NCBI GenBank assembly: GCA_963706955.1
Contig: CAVPOC010000008.1
Coordinates: 864,001 to 928,000 of the forward strand
DNA from: an uncultured Verrucomicrobiae bacterium
GTDB lineage: Bacteria; Verrucomicrobiota; Verrucomicrobiia; Chthoniobacterales; Terrimicrobiaceae
DNA: 64,000 nt
Direction of reading: 5' to 3'
In this document: positions 1-10,718 of the stretch, one piece after another
How the letters are laid out: each line of letters opens with the position of its first letter
Numbering within the stretch: position 1 is the stretch's first letter
Made by a program: the position numbers and the translations under genes
The notes under the pieces: generated by a model
Database searches by the model: none
Told to the model about the DNA's origin: nothing
What the model saw: only the letters and a program-made list of their open reading frames with translations

Positions 1-650
1 GTCCAGCCCCATCGACTTTCGCCGCCTCCAACACCTCTGGATTGATGGTCTGCAGTCCGGCCAGGTATAAAAGCATCGGCAGTCCGGTGGCATTCCACGT
101 CGCGGCAAGCATGACGGCATAGAGCGCGAAATTGGGGTCTGATAGCCAATTATGCTGCAAGCCAGTTAGGCCAAGCGCGCCCAGGATCTGATTGATGAGG
201 CCGATATCAGGGAGATAGATCCAATTCCAAATTAGCCCGACAATGGCGAGCGAGAGGATGGCCGGGAAATAGAACACGCTCCGAAAGATGTGGCTGCTCC
301 GGAACTTTTGGTTCAAGAGCACGGCCAATCCTAAGCCGATGCTGGTTGGAAGAAGAAGAGACGCCACCAGCCAGATCGCGTTGTTTCGCAAGGCGATCCA
401 AAACACGGGGTCATTCAGCAAAAGCGTCAGGTAGTTTTGCAGCCCAACAAATTGCTTCGTCGGCGAAACGCCATCCCATTTGAAGAAAGCTCAAATAAGC
501 CGAGTAGACCATCGGATAAACGACCACGATGACGTAGATCGTCAGAGCAGGCGCAAGAAACAGCCAGGGAAGCAGCCAGGCCAGACGCTTGCCGGGGCTT
601 ACAGCGTGCAGTTCTCCCGTGGAGGTCGGTGCAGCCACCATGTTTGCCAA
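1..650 (-). CDS. Carbohydrate ABC transporter permease (CUT1/MalF-like); 3' end outside window; apparent +1 frameshift near 486
   Basis: ORF 411-650 gives the N-terminus (LPWLFLAPALTIYVIVVVYPMVYSAYLSF). Shifting frame at ~486 continues FKWDGVSPTKQFVGLQNY...DPVFWIALRNN...FRSVFYFPAILS...LYLAGLQTINPEVLEAAKVDGAG, which carries the EAA motif. Confidence 0.88.
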
Positions 651-666
651 GCTTTCTAAGCGATCT

Positions 667-1964
667 CTACTTATTCGCGGCCTTATACGCGTCGACTGCC
701 TTCTGAATACTTTCCGCCGCAGCTTCGGGAGTCATTTTCCCGAGAACCACCGAGTCCTGGGCCTGGAAAAAGGCATTGACGAGCTCCTGAGGCAACGCCT
801 GGTCAGTCGGAAGATAGAGTTTAGCTTCACCCCCGATCCACTTGGCCATCTTCGTCGCTATAGGGCGATCGGCCGGGGGCTCCATTCCGAGGACCGCCCG
901 AGGAGTGCCGATTACGTTCGCCAGTTTGTTCGCCACCTCTGGCTGGCTTATGTATGCGGCAAACAAGAGCGCCGCCTGTTGAACTTCCGGCGGCGACTTT
1001 GACGAGATCTGAAGCTGCTCTTGAAAGCCGGAAACCCTTACCGGCGTCTGGTCCGCTGGAGCAATGATGGCTACATAGTCATTCGGGTCGAGTTTCGATT
1101 TGATGATGTTCTCTCCCTCGATCCAGGGTCCCTGAAAGATCATCCCAGCCTTATCTTGGAACAACATCGGCAGGGCCTGGTTTGGATCGATCGAGATAAA
1201 ACCGTCGTTAAAATAGCCCTTATCGACCCACTCCTTGAGCTTGGCAAAGGCTTGGACGACCTCGGGCGAATTGTAGGATGCCTCCAAGGCGAAGAGCTTG
1301 TCATGCGTCTCCGGACCAGCGAAGTGTTCGATGAGAAAGTCCGTCGTGCGCATTGTCATCCAACTAAATTTGCCTCCGACCGCGATGGGAGTTATCCCTT
1401 TGGACTTCAAAGTCTCCATTGCCTTCTCCAGGTCGGCAAACGTCTTCGGCTCCGGTATTCCGTTTTTGTCAAATAAGCTCTTCTTGTAGAAGATAGTCAT
1501 CGGCCTTACCCAGATCGGAACGCCGTAGAGTTTTCCATTGTGCTTGGCCAGATCCAGGGCAATTGGGCTGATGTTTTTGTCGAAGCCATATTTGGCGGCT
1601 ATCTCCGGGGTTATCTCTAATGCGTGGCCTCCCTCAATGTAAGGACCTGCAAGACTTCCTCCCCAGTTAAACCACATGTCCGGCATTTTGCCGGAGGCGG
1701 AAGCGACCCGGAGCGCCTGCTTGAGCTCATCCGTGCTATATTTGGTCCATTTAATCTCGATATTCGGATAAGCTTTTGAAAACTCGGCGATGACTTCCTT
1801 CCACGGCTGTGTGGCGATCGCCCAGAACTTGACGGTGACTTTGCCCTCAGGAGGTTTCGGCAAACCTTCCGGCGCTTGCCCGCAGCGCGCTGGTGGTGAT
1901 AGCCCGGAGCCGCGAACAACATCGCGGCTACAAGGAGACGAAAGAGGCGTTTTAAGGGGTTCAT
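667..1964 (-). CDS. Extracellular solute-binding protein of carbohydrate ABC transporter (CUT1); signal peptide in another frame (frameshift ~1865-1920)
   Basis: 398-aa ORF with SBP features (GKLYGVP, IFYKKSLFDKNGIPEPKTFADL, MIFQGPW). Signal-like MNPLKRLFRLLVAAMLFAAP starts at ATG 1964 in a different frame. Lies directly upstream of the permease. Confidence 0.85.
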
Positions 1965-1998
1965 AGCTCTGAAGTTAACGCGGACCAGTTGATCTGGT

Positions 1999-2030
1999 CT
2001 AGGAGGATCTGATCTATATTTTGGACGATG
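1999..2030 (-). promoter_or_regulatory. Conserved regulon motif copy 1 (minus strand catcGTCCAAAAtataGATCAGATCCTCCTAG)
   Basis: Ends 34 bp upstream of SBP ATG 1964. Matches four other copies in the same orientation relative to transcription. Confidence 0.7.
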
Positions 2031-2166
2031 TTGGCGGCGCACCCGAACCGATCAAGCTGCCTCGCTAGATTCGAGAGTTCGCAGACGTCAGAGTCGGATC
2101 AGCCCAATGTGGAACCGGCATTCTGCCGGGGTCCCTGGATGGCCGCCACGCGCAGCGGCTGGTTTC

Positions 2167-3001
2167 TCAAAGCTCGATTTCAAGGCCCTCTCTTGCCAGC
2201 ACCAGCGCCGGCACAGAGTCCGCATCCTGTTTGAATGAGCTAAACATCCTCTCGAGGAAAGAATCTGAATGATCCGGGTCGTGATGGCTCAAAAGAAGTT
2301 GTTTCACTGCAGCAATGGACGCAAACGCCACGGCGTCATCGATGGCGCAATGGCCCCATCCTCTTCTCTGCATGTATTCTTCACGGGTGAATTGCGAATC
2401 ATGCAACAGCACATCGGCTCCGTTTGCGATGTCAAATCCGGAAATCCATTTAGGATCGCTTGCTATTCTGTCACCTCCCAAGGGCAGGCTCATGATCAGG
2501 TATATAAGTAAAGACGGCCTGCTTTTCCTTGACGCGGTAGCCGACGGTTGGGCCGGGATGAATAATATAGACGGATTGAACTTCGAACGGGCCTGCTCGA
2601 AAACGGCTGTTGCCGATTTCATGTAAGTGAGGTTTGCAGGGGAGGTCACGCAGCAGCACCGGAAATAAAGGTGGAGAAAGATATCGGCTGAGACGTGAAA
2701 ACAGAGACTGGTAACAGCTCCGCGGACCCCAGATATGAATCTCTTTGGAAGCATCAAACAGCGGACTAAAAAAACCAAGCCCCTGGATATGATCGAGGTG
2801 AAGATGTGTTAGCAGTATGTCAATTCTCTTGATCGATGGTGTGACGTTGCTGCCCAGTCCCCTGATGCCCGTGCCGCCGTCAAGTACCAGCAGAGAATCG
2901 TCGTGCCAGACCGCAGCACAGGAGGTATTGCCACCGTAGTATTCCGTATCAGGACCGGTAGTGGGAATGGAACCACGCACCCCCCATAACCGTATTTTCA
3001 T
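2167..3001 (-). CDS. MBL-fold metallo-hydrolase (phosphodiesterase/RNase Z-like); frameshift near 2480
   Basis: MKIRLWGVRGSIP, YGGNTSC, LDGGTG, THLHLDHIQG (HxHxDH), IHPG, DHEP in ORF 2471-3001. HDSQF, GWGH, HHDP continue in ORF 2167-2778. Confidence 0.85.
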
Positions 3002-3004
3002 CTT

Positions 3005-3394
3005 TTACCTCCTTTTCCAGAAAATAGCCACGGCTCCCAGGAAGTTACCAGACCGGCTGATGATCGGATAAGAGGTCACTGAAATATCATGGATGACGCC
3101 GTCCAAACTTTCGATCCGTAAGCTCTTATGATGCGGATATACTTCCTTTAATGTTTTCACCAATGGCAACTCCTCAGGCGGTAGCTGGTTGCCATCATCA
3201 TCCAACGGTTTGAAGGCGGTGGACCATTTTTCCTTCGGCATTTCCCCAGTCTCTTCAAACCGCCTGCCCAAGATTTTCTCGGCGGCTTCATTGTAAAAAA
3301 TAAGATCTCCAGCGGTGTCGGTAATGAAAACCGGAAGGGAAAGACAATCCGCCAGTTGCCGGTTGAGGATGATCTCTATTTCATAGGAGGCCAT
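3005..3394 (-). CDS. Stand-alone PAS-domain protein
   Basis: From ATG 3394: MASYEIEIILNRQLADCLSLPVFITDTAGDLIFYNEAAEKILG...SVTSYPIISRSGNFLGAVAIFW, a PAS signature. Stop is 3 bp before the MBL start. Confidence 0.8.
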   Translation of the reverse strand: MASYEIEIILNRQLADCLSLPVFITDTAGDLIFYNEAAEKILGRRFEETGEMPKEKWSTAFKPLDDDGNQLPPEELPLVKTLKEVYPHHKSLRIESLDGVIHDISVTSYPIISRSGNFLGAVAIFWKRR

Positions 3395-3586
3395 AACGTT
3401 TGCTTGTACAAATTTGAGGAGAGTGATGCGAGCCCTTTGAAGCGGGCGGGATGATCGGCTCAGGTCGGCTGACTCGTTTGAACGGGTCGTTTCCTGATCA
3501 GATAGCCGGCCCAACCTGTGGGGGCCTTTTCGACGTTCATAGTAGCCAGGCCCGTTGTTACTTAACACGTTTTAGAATGCGCGACT

Positions 3587-3646
3587 TGTAGCGGCCGTGT
3601 CCCCACGGCCGGAGACCGCCCCGACGCTGAGGACAGCGCCGCTACA
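3587..3646. repeat. REP-like palindromic element, TGTAG...CTACA family
   Basis: TGTAGCGGCCGTGTCCCCACGGCC...GCTGAGGACAGCGCCGCTACA; inverted termini and internal hairpins; related copies at 16241, 25443, 30567, 57590, 58844. Confidence 0.8.
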
Positions 3647-3910
3647 TCGCCGACTGCGCAGATTCTCGCCGTAGTTGTTTGCGAGACCGTGAGAAGCGTA
3701 GTTCGAATGCAGTTGATCATTTTGGTCAAGAGGAACGCGGGATCTCTGACGAAAAAGCCTAGTAACGCGGGGAGCCGATGGTGGCAGCGGGATGGTTCCC
3801 ATTCTCGCCGCGCGAGCCCACGGCTTGGACGGAAACCAAGAATTCACCGAAGGCGCCAGTCAACCCGAGAGAGCGAGAATCCGACTTGCAGGCGAACTCC
3901 CTTCCGGGAA

Positions 3911-3942
3911 AATCGTCCCAAACTATGATCAGATAGTTCTAG
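3911..3942 (+). promoter_or_regulatory. Conserved regulon motif copy 2 (aatcGTCCCAAActatGATCAGATAGTTCTAG)
   Basis: Ends 43 bp upstream of ATG 3986. Confidence 0.7.
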
Positions 3943-3985
3943 GCGATCTTCCCTCATCGAGGATACCTTGGCACCGTTTCACCCC

Positions 3986-5014
3986 ATGGAGTCCCCACGC
4001 AAGATCGCTGTGCTCGGTGCCGGTTTCTGGAGTCAATTTCAGATCCCGGCTTGGCTGGAACTATCGGATGTCGAGTGCGCCGCCCTCTGCGACATCGAAG
4101 GGGCCAAGGCCAAGGGGCTGGCAGACCGCTTTGGTGTGCCAAGGCATTTTGACGATCCGGAGGAACTGCTCCGCTCGGTCCGCCCGGACATTTTGGACGT
4201 GATCACAAGTCCTGAGACTCATCGCGACATGGTGGCCCTAGCGGCGAAGAATAGCGTTCCGGTGATCTGCCAGAAGCCACTCGCCAACGACCTGAAAACG
4301 GCCAAGGAAATGGTCGCTATTTGTCGTGACGCCAACGTGCCACTCTTTGTCCATGAAAACTGGCGCTGGCAACGCCCCTTGCGCGAACTGAAGAAAGTCC
4401 TTGATTCAGGAGTGATTGGAAACCCGTTTCGGGCGCATGTCGATTTCAGTTCCAGTTTTCCCGTTTTTGAGAATCAACCGTTTCTCCGAGAGCTCGATAA
4501 ATTCATTCTTTCCGACATGGGGGTTCACATTCTCGATGTCATTCGCTTTTTGTTTGGAGAGGCCGAGTGGCTCATCTGCCGCATACAGCGAGTCAATCCA
4601 ACGATTCGCGGCGAAGATGTGGCCACCGTGCTTTTGCAGATGAAAACGGGGACGACGGTTACCTGCACGCTTAGCTATGCCAGCCGCTTAGAGCGCGAAC
4701 GTTTTCCGGAAGCCTTTGTCCTCGTTGAAGGTGAACAAGGCTCAGCAGAGCTGGCCCCAGATTTTTGGATTCGGGTGACGAACGAAGAAGGAACCAAATC
4801 ACGAAGGTATCCGCCGAAAATTTACCCGTGGGCCGACCCGAGCTACGCCTTGATTCATTCAAGCATCGTCGATTGTCACCGTAATCTGGTTGACGGCCTG
4901 CTCGGCAACGGCCAGGCGGAGACAACGGGAGATGACAATCTTCGCACTCTCGAGCTCGTCTTTGGTTCTTACGAGAGTGCCCGGCTGGCTCAACCCATCC
5001 AGATGGGAGCATAG
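3986..5014 (+). CDS. apsD: Gfo/Idh/MocA oxidoreductase, probable D-apiose dehydrogenase
   Basis: GAGFWS Rossmann motif, CQKP, VHENWRWQ, FENQPFLRE, DMGVHILD. Heads an operon with the apiose-type SBP and DUF2291. Confidence 0.75.
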   Translation: MESPRKIAVLGAGFWSQFQIPAWLELSDVECAALCDIEGAKAKGLADRFGVPRHFDDPEELLRSVRPDILDVITSPETHRDMVALAAKNSVPVICQKPLANDLKTAKEMVAICRDANVPLFVHENWRWQRPLRELKKVLDSGVIGNPFRAHVDFSSSFPVFENQPFLRELDKFILSDMGVHILDVIRFLFGEAEWLICRIQRVNPTIRGEDVATVLLQMKTGTTVTCTLSYASRLERERFPEAFVLVEGEQGSAELAPDFWIRVTNEEGTKSRRYPPKIYPWADPSYALIHSSIVDCHRNLVDGLLGNGQAETTGDDNLRTLELVFGSYESARLAQPIQMGA

Positions 5015-5015
5015 T

Positions 5016-5687
5016 GTGACCCAAGCATCGTCATATTCAGCGACTCGCGCCCGCCTTCCGCGCTGGATTTGGATGGTCGCAGCCGCGCTCCTTCTGCTTC
5101 TTCTCATCGTTAAGCCCCCTTTCGTGGTCAAGCCGCTCGCTCGGCCCGGATCAACATCAGAAGCGACCCAATCGAAGGGCGCCCAATTTGCCGAGAAGAT
5201 CTGGGATAGCAAAGTTGTCCCGGTGATCCAGGAAAAGGCCCATGATATTGTGACGATCGTTTCGGAAATTCGCGCGGATCCGGCAGCGGCCGGAGAAAAA
5301 TATGGCCGGCGCGAATCGACGAACCCATACAGCTACATGGTTAAGGGGGCGGGAAAAGTCAGTGAAGTGCACACGGAGTCGCAGGCCGGCACGCTCGTCC
5401 TCGAGGTTCCCGGATTGAATGAGAAGATCGCCCTGCAGATTGGTCCGGTGGTGCGCGGGACCGCGCTGCGCGATGCGACTGGGGCGGCGCCATTCGATCA
5501 ATTCACGAACCAGCTCGACTACGCGGATGTCTCCAAAGAGATGAATAAACGCGCCGTGACCGCGGCTTTCACCAACGTTGATCCCTCCTCCCTGGCGGAT
5601 AAGACGATCACCTTTCTTGGGGCGTTCACCTTTGATCCGCGCTCCAAGGGGATGATTTTGGTGACCCCTGTCAGGGTCGCGCAGTAA
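5016..5687 (+). CDS. DUF2291-family membrane-anchored periplasmic protein
   Basis: GTG 5016, N-terminal TM helix, LQIGPVVRGTALRDATG and FDQFTNQLDYADVS motifs typical of DUF2291 proteins in sugar ABC operons. Confidence 0.8.
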   Translation: MTQASSYSATRARLPRWIWMVAAALLLLLLIVKPPFVVKPLARPGSTSEATQSKGAQFAEKIWDSKVVPVIQEKAHDIVTIVSEIRADPAAAGEKYGRRESTNPYSYMVKGAGKVSEVHTESQAGTLVLEVPGLNEKIALQIGPVVRGTALRDATGAAPFDQFTNQLDYADVSKEMNKRAVTAAFTNVDPSSLADKTITFLGAFTFDPRSKGMILVTPVRVAQ

Positions 5688-5696
5688 TTGCCTAGG

Positions 5697-7277
5697 ATGA
5701 GTCAAAAGGAATCGCTCGAGCCAACTTCGTCCAATGGGCACGAGGTTGTTGTCTTCGCCGAAAAGATCACCAAGCGTTATCCAGGCACCCTGGCACTCGA
5801 TCAGGTCGATTTCACCGTCTACAAGGGCGCCGTTAACGTGCTCATTGGGGAAAACGGAGCGGGCAAGTCGACCTTGATGAAAGTTCTGGCTGGTGTCACC
5901 CAGCCGACTTCGGGACGCATGCTGCTCGACGGAGTTCCCGTCGAATTCCAGTCTACACGCGAGGCTGCGCGCGCCGGAATTGGTATCATTTTTCAGGAGC
6001 TCGAACTTTTCCCAAACCTCAGCATTTCCGAAAACATCTTCATCGGGCGCGAAATCACCCGAGGAGGAGTCGTCCAACACCGGGCGCAGGAAAAGATCAC
6101 TCGCGAACTGCTGAATCGCCTCGAACAGCCGTTAGATCCCTCCGCCTTGGTCCGAGAGCTTCGTATCGGCCAGCAGCAGATCGTCGAGATCGCGAAAGCG
6201 CTTTCGCAGAATGTTCGCGTCCTGATCATGGACGAGCCGACCTCCGCTCTGACCGCCTCCGAGACCGAAGCTCTCTTTCGGATTATTGCGGACCTGAAGG
6301 CCGACGGCGTCGCCATCATCTACATCTCCCATAAAATGGAGGAACTGCTCACCGTGGGCGACTATGTGACAGTTCTACGCGACGGGAAACTGGCCGCTTC
6401 TGCACCTGCGAATACGGTGAACGTCGGCTGGATCGTTGAGAAAATGGTGGGGCGCAGCGTAAATGCACCGCGGCATCGCAGTCAAACGTTAGCCGACGGC
6501 GAGCGGGAAACTATCTTAGAAATCAAGGACCTCTCCCTCCCCAGGGTCGGAGGAGGCTTTTCGCTTGAAAACGTTAGTCTCAAGCTTAGGCGCGGCGAGA
6601 TTTTGGCTATTTTCGGTCTCATGGGGGCGGGGAGGACGGAACTCTTCGAGTGTCTCATGGGCTTGCACCCGGAAGCAACTGGCGAGATCAAGGTCTCCAA
6701 CCGTCCCATTCGACCCGAGACGATACGAGAGAGAATTGATCTCGGCTTAATGTTAGTGCCTGAGGACCGCCAGCGCTTAGGTTTGGTCCAGAAACTTTCT
6801 GTCGCCGACAATATAAGCCTTGCCAGCCTGAAGCGCTTCGTGAGCGGCTTTTGGCTCAATGAGAAAAGGGAAAGGGAGGCAATCGTCAAGATGATGCGAG
6901 ACTTGGCGGTAAAGGCGCGCAGCCCCGAGTACCCGATCACGTCTCTGAGCGGCGGTAACCAACAAAAGGTCGTCTTTGCCAAAAGCCTGATGACCCAGCC
7001 CCAGGTCCTGCTCCTGGATGAACCAACCCGCGGCATCGATATTGGCGCCAAGGCAGAGATTTTTGAGATCATGAACCGCTTGGCCGAGCAGGGGCTGGCG
7101 GTGCTGTTTGTTTCTTCGGAGCTCCCCGAGATGTTTGCCGTTCCTGACCGAATCCTTGTCTTATCTAAGGGAAAGATCACTGGCGAATTTCTTCATGATA
7201 ACGTCACCGAGGAAGCGCTCATTCTCGCCGCCGGCGCTCGCCAGCAAACCGACCACCCGGCGGGACCTCATGCCTGA
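5697..7277 (+). CDS. Sugar ABC transporter ATP-binding protein (CUT2, two NBDs)
   Basis: GENGAGKST, IMDEPT, LSGGNQQKV, LLDEPTRG. Confidence 0.95.
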   Translation: MSQKESLEPTSSNGHEVVVFAEKITKRYPGTLALDQVDFTVYKGAVNVLIGENGAGKSTLMKVLAGVTQPTSGRMLLDGVPVEFQSTREAARAGIGIIFQELELFPNLSISENIFIGREITRGGVVQHRAQEKITRELLNRLEQPLDPSALVRELRIGQQQIVEIAKALSQNVRVLIMDEPTSALTASETEALFRIIADLKADGVAIIYISHKMEELLTVGDYVTVLRDGKLAASAPANTVNVGWIVEKMVGRSVNAPRHRSQTLADGERETILEIKDLSLPRVGGGFSLENVSLKLRRGEILAIFGLMGAGRTELFECLMGLHPEATGEIKVSNRPIRPETIRERIDLGLMLVPEDRQRLGLVQKLSVADNISLASLKRFVSGFWLNEKREREAIVKMMRDLAVKARSPEYPITSLSGGNQQKVVFAKSLMTQPQVLLLDEPTRGIDIGAKAEIFEIMNRLAEQGLAVLFVSSELPEMFAVPDRILVLSKGKITGEFLHDNVTEEALILAAGARQQTDHPAGPHA

Positions 7278-7298
7278 CGTCCAAAGAATCTTTGCCAA

Positions 7299-8375
7299 AT
7301 GAACAATCCCTCTGCCAGTACTCCCCCTCGAGCCGCACCCAATAAGCCCGCCGAAGCTTCAGGTCTCTCCTTGGGTGTCCTCCTATTCCGGCTGAGAGCG
7401 CTCATCGCGTTGTTTGTCCTTGTCGGTATCTTCTCGGTTTTGTCGCCGTCGTTTTTTACCCAGGAAAATCTCATCATTTTGGTGGGTCAAACCGCGATCA
7501 ATGCAATCATGGCGGTCGGCATGACCTTTGTCATCTTGACTGGCGGCATCGACCTGTCAGTTGGTTCGACCGTTGGGCTCTCTGCGATGATGGCCGGCCT
7601 GTTAATCGATCGCGGTGTTCAGATTGAGGCGCTCGGTGTCGCCGTTTACTTCAATATCCCCGCAATCCTCGTTATTGTGCTGTGTCTTGGAGTGCTAGTG
7701 GGGGCGATTAACGGCGTCTTGATCACACGCTTCAACGTTGCTCCCTTCATTGCGACACTCGGAACTCTCTACGTGGCCAGAGGTGTGGCGCAACTCAGCA
7801 ACAACGGGGCCACCTTCCCAAATCTCGTCGGAAATCCCGAACTCGGGAATACCGGGTTCCCGATCCTCGGCGCGGGAAGCCTTCTCGGAATTCCCATCGT
7901 CATCTGGATCATGATTCTTTTCGCGGGAGTGGGTGCATTCGTCGCCGGCAAAACGGCCTTTGGTCGCCAGGTTTACGCCGTGGGAGGCAACGAACGCGCT
8001 GCCGAGCTGTCCGGCATCTACGTGAATCGCATCAAAATGGCGGTTTACATGATCTGCGGGCTCTGCGGCGCCATGACCGGCCTGATTACTGCCTCACAGC
8101 TGGTCGCCGCCCATCCCGCCACCGGAGAAAGCTACGAGCTTAACGCTATCGCGGCAGTCGTTCTCGGAGGAACCTCGCTCGCCGGCGGGCGCGGCACGAT
8201 CTGGGGAACTATTGTTGGCGCGTTGGTTATCGGCGTTCTCACTAACGGCCTTGTCCTGCTGGGCGTCCAGGAGTTCTGGAAAAAGGTGATTACCGGCCTG
8301 GTGATCATCCTTGCCGTCGTCCTGGACCAAATGCAGGAGCGCCTCCAACAGCGCCTGGCCCTCAAACGTGCCTAA
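7299..8375 (+). CDS. Sugar ABC transporter permease (RbsC-like)
   Basis: GGIDLSVGS, PFIATLG, YAVGGNERAAELSG, IAAVVLGGTSLAGGRG. Confidence 0.95.
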   Translation: MNNPSASTPPRAAPNKPAEASGLSLGVLLFRLRALIALFVLVGIFSVLSPSFFTQENLIILVGQTAINAIMAVGMTFVILTGGIDLSVGSTVGLSAMMAGLLIDRGVQIEALGVAVYFNIPAILVIVLCLGVLVGAINGVLITRFNVAPFIATLGTLYVARGVAQLSNNGATFPNLVGNPELGNTGFPILGAGSLLGIPIVIWIMILFAGVGAFVAGKTAFGRQVYAVGGNERAAELSGIYVNRIKMAVYMICGLCGAMTGLITASQLVAAHPATGESYELNAIAAVVLGGTSLAGGRGTIWGTIVGALVIGVLTNGLVLLGVQEFWKKVITGLVIILAVVLDQMQERLQQRLALKRA

Positions 8376-8406
8376 CCCATCTGAGCAACCGGCCCGGGAT
8401 CTTTAA

Positions 8407-9483
<1,077 letters not shown>

Positions 9484-9549
9484 CTAACAGCGAGTTTAGG
9501 CCGCCGCCGCGTTGTCACCCTGTGCGGCTGCAAGTCGAAGAACGTGCTA

Positions 9550-9566
9550 GGATAATCAGATTATCC
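9550..9566. promoter_or_regulatory. Perfect palindrome GGATAATC-A-GATTATCC, candidate operator
   Basis: 8-bp arms with 1-bp spacer, ending 82 bp upstream of SBP ATG 9649. Confidence 0.4.
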
Positions 9567-9648
9567 CGGCCGGCGCCTTACTTCTCAAGATAGATTCACG
9601 CACGTCTAATCCAAGCCTGCATCAGGGCTCCAGCGAGACACTTAGCAT

Positions 9649-10674
9649 ATGAACCGTATACTTGTAACCCTTACTGCAATCCTCGCGACTCTAAGTTGCT
9701 TCTCCAACGCCTCCGGCGAATCCGGTGGTAAAAAATGGGTCATCGCTCTCTCGAACTCGTATTATGGAAATACTTGGCGTCGGCAGATGGTCGAAGCGTT
9801 CAAGGAGGCCGCCGAACAAGCCAAGAAGGAGGGTCGCATCGCCGACTACATTATCGAAAACGGCGACGGATCCGTAAATCAGCAGGTCGCACAGATGAAC
9901 GGGTTAATTCTGAGGGGCGTTGACGCCATCGCGATCAATTCCGCCTCGCCGACGGCCTTAAATGGTGTCATTGAGAAGGCATGCGCGGCTGGGATCAAAG
10001 TCATCGCCTTTGATTCGATCGCCACGGCGCCCTGCTGCTATAAGCTAGATTTTGATTTTAAGACCGCCCATAAGGATTCCACAAAGTTCATCATCGGCGA
10101 ACTTCTTGGTGGGAAGGGTAACATACTCGTGGTCCGCGGCGTGAAAGGCTCTGCGCCCGATCAGATGATGTATGAAGGGGCGATGGAATCGCTGAAACAG
10201 TTCCCCGATGCAAAGGTCGTTGGAGAAGTCTATGGCCAGGCCACGACAGCCGTCGCCCAAGCGGAGGTCAGTAAGCTCCTACCAAGCTTGCCGCAGATCG
10301 ATGCAGTGCTTACCCAGGGTGGCGGCGATGATCATGGCGTCGTTCAAGCCTTTGAGCAGGCCGGGAGGAAACCTCCGATCATCGAGGGCGGAGGCAGTTC
10401 CAACTTCCTGAAATGGTGGTCAGAACAGTTCAAGAAGGACGGTTACAAAACCGTTTCCGATAACTCGGCGCCCGGGATTGGCGGAGCGGCCTTCTGGCTT
10501 ACACTTGCCATTCTCAACGGGGCCGAGGTCGACCCTTCTAAGACGATGTTCATGCCTTATGCGACCATCACTACCGATAATCTTGCTGAGTACGCCGATT
10601 TGCCGCCGGGATTTATTGTCAGCCCCAAATACACCGAAGACTGGGTGAAGGAGAACATTCTTAAGAGCAAGTAA
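9649..10674 (+). CDS. Sugar ABC substrate-binding protein (periplasmic binding protein type I)
   Basis: Signal peptide; IALSNSYYGNTWRRQMV, GVDAIAIN, VIAFDS, RGVKGS. Confidence 0.9.
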   Translation: MNRILVTLTAILATLSCFSNASGESGGKKWVIALSNSYYGNTWRRQMVEAFKEAAEQAKKEGRIADYIIENGDGSVNQQVAQMNGLILRGVDAIAINSASPTALNGVIEKACAAGIKVIAFDSIATAPCCYKLDFDFKTAHKDSTKFIIGELLGGKGNILVVRGVKGSAPDQMMYEGAMESLKQFPDAKVVGEVYGQATTAVAQAEVSKLLPSLPQIDAVLTQGGGDDHGVVQAFEQAGRKPPIIEGGGSSNFLKWWSEQFKKDGYKTVSDNSAPGIGGAAFWLTLAILNGAEVDPSKTMFMPYATITTDNLAEYADLPPGFIVSPKYTEDWVKENILKSK

Positions 10675-10718
10675 CACTGTTCTCAGCGTAGGATCAGCTG
10701 TCGATCAGGTTCCGCACG

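Noticed and set aside
5157..6080. Long antisense ORFs (also 24345-25232, 43756-44628, 47304-48440)
   Set aside because: They are shadows of well-supported genes on the opposite strand and have no motifs of their own.
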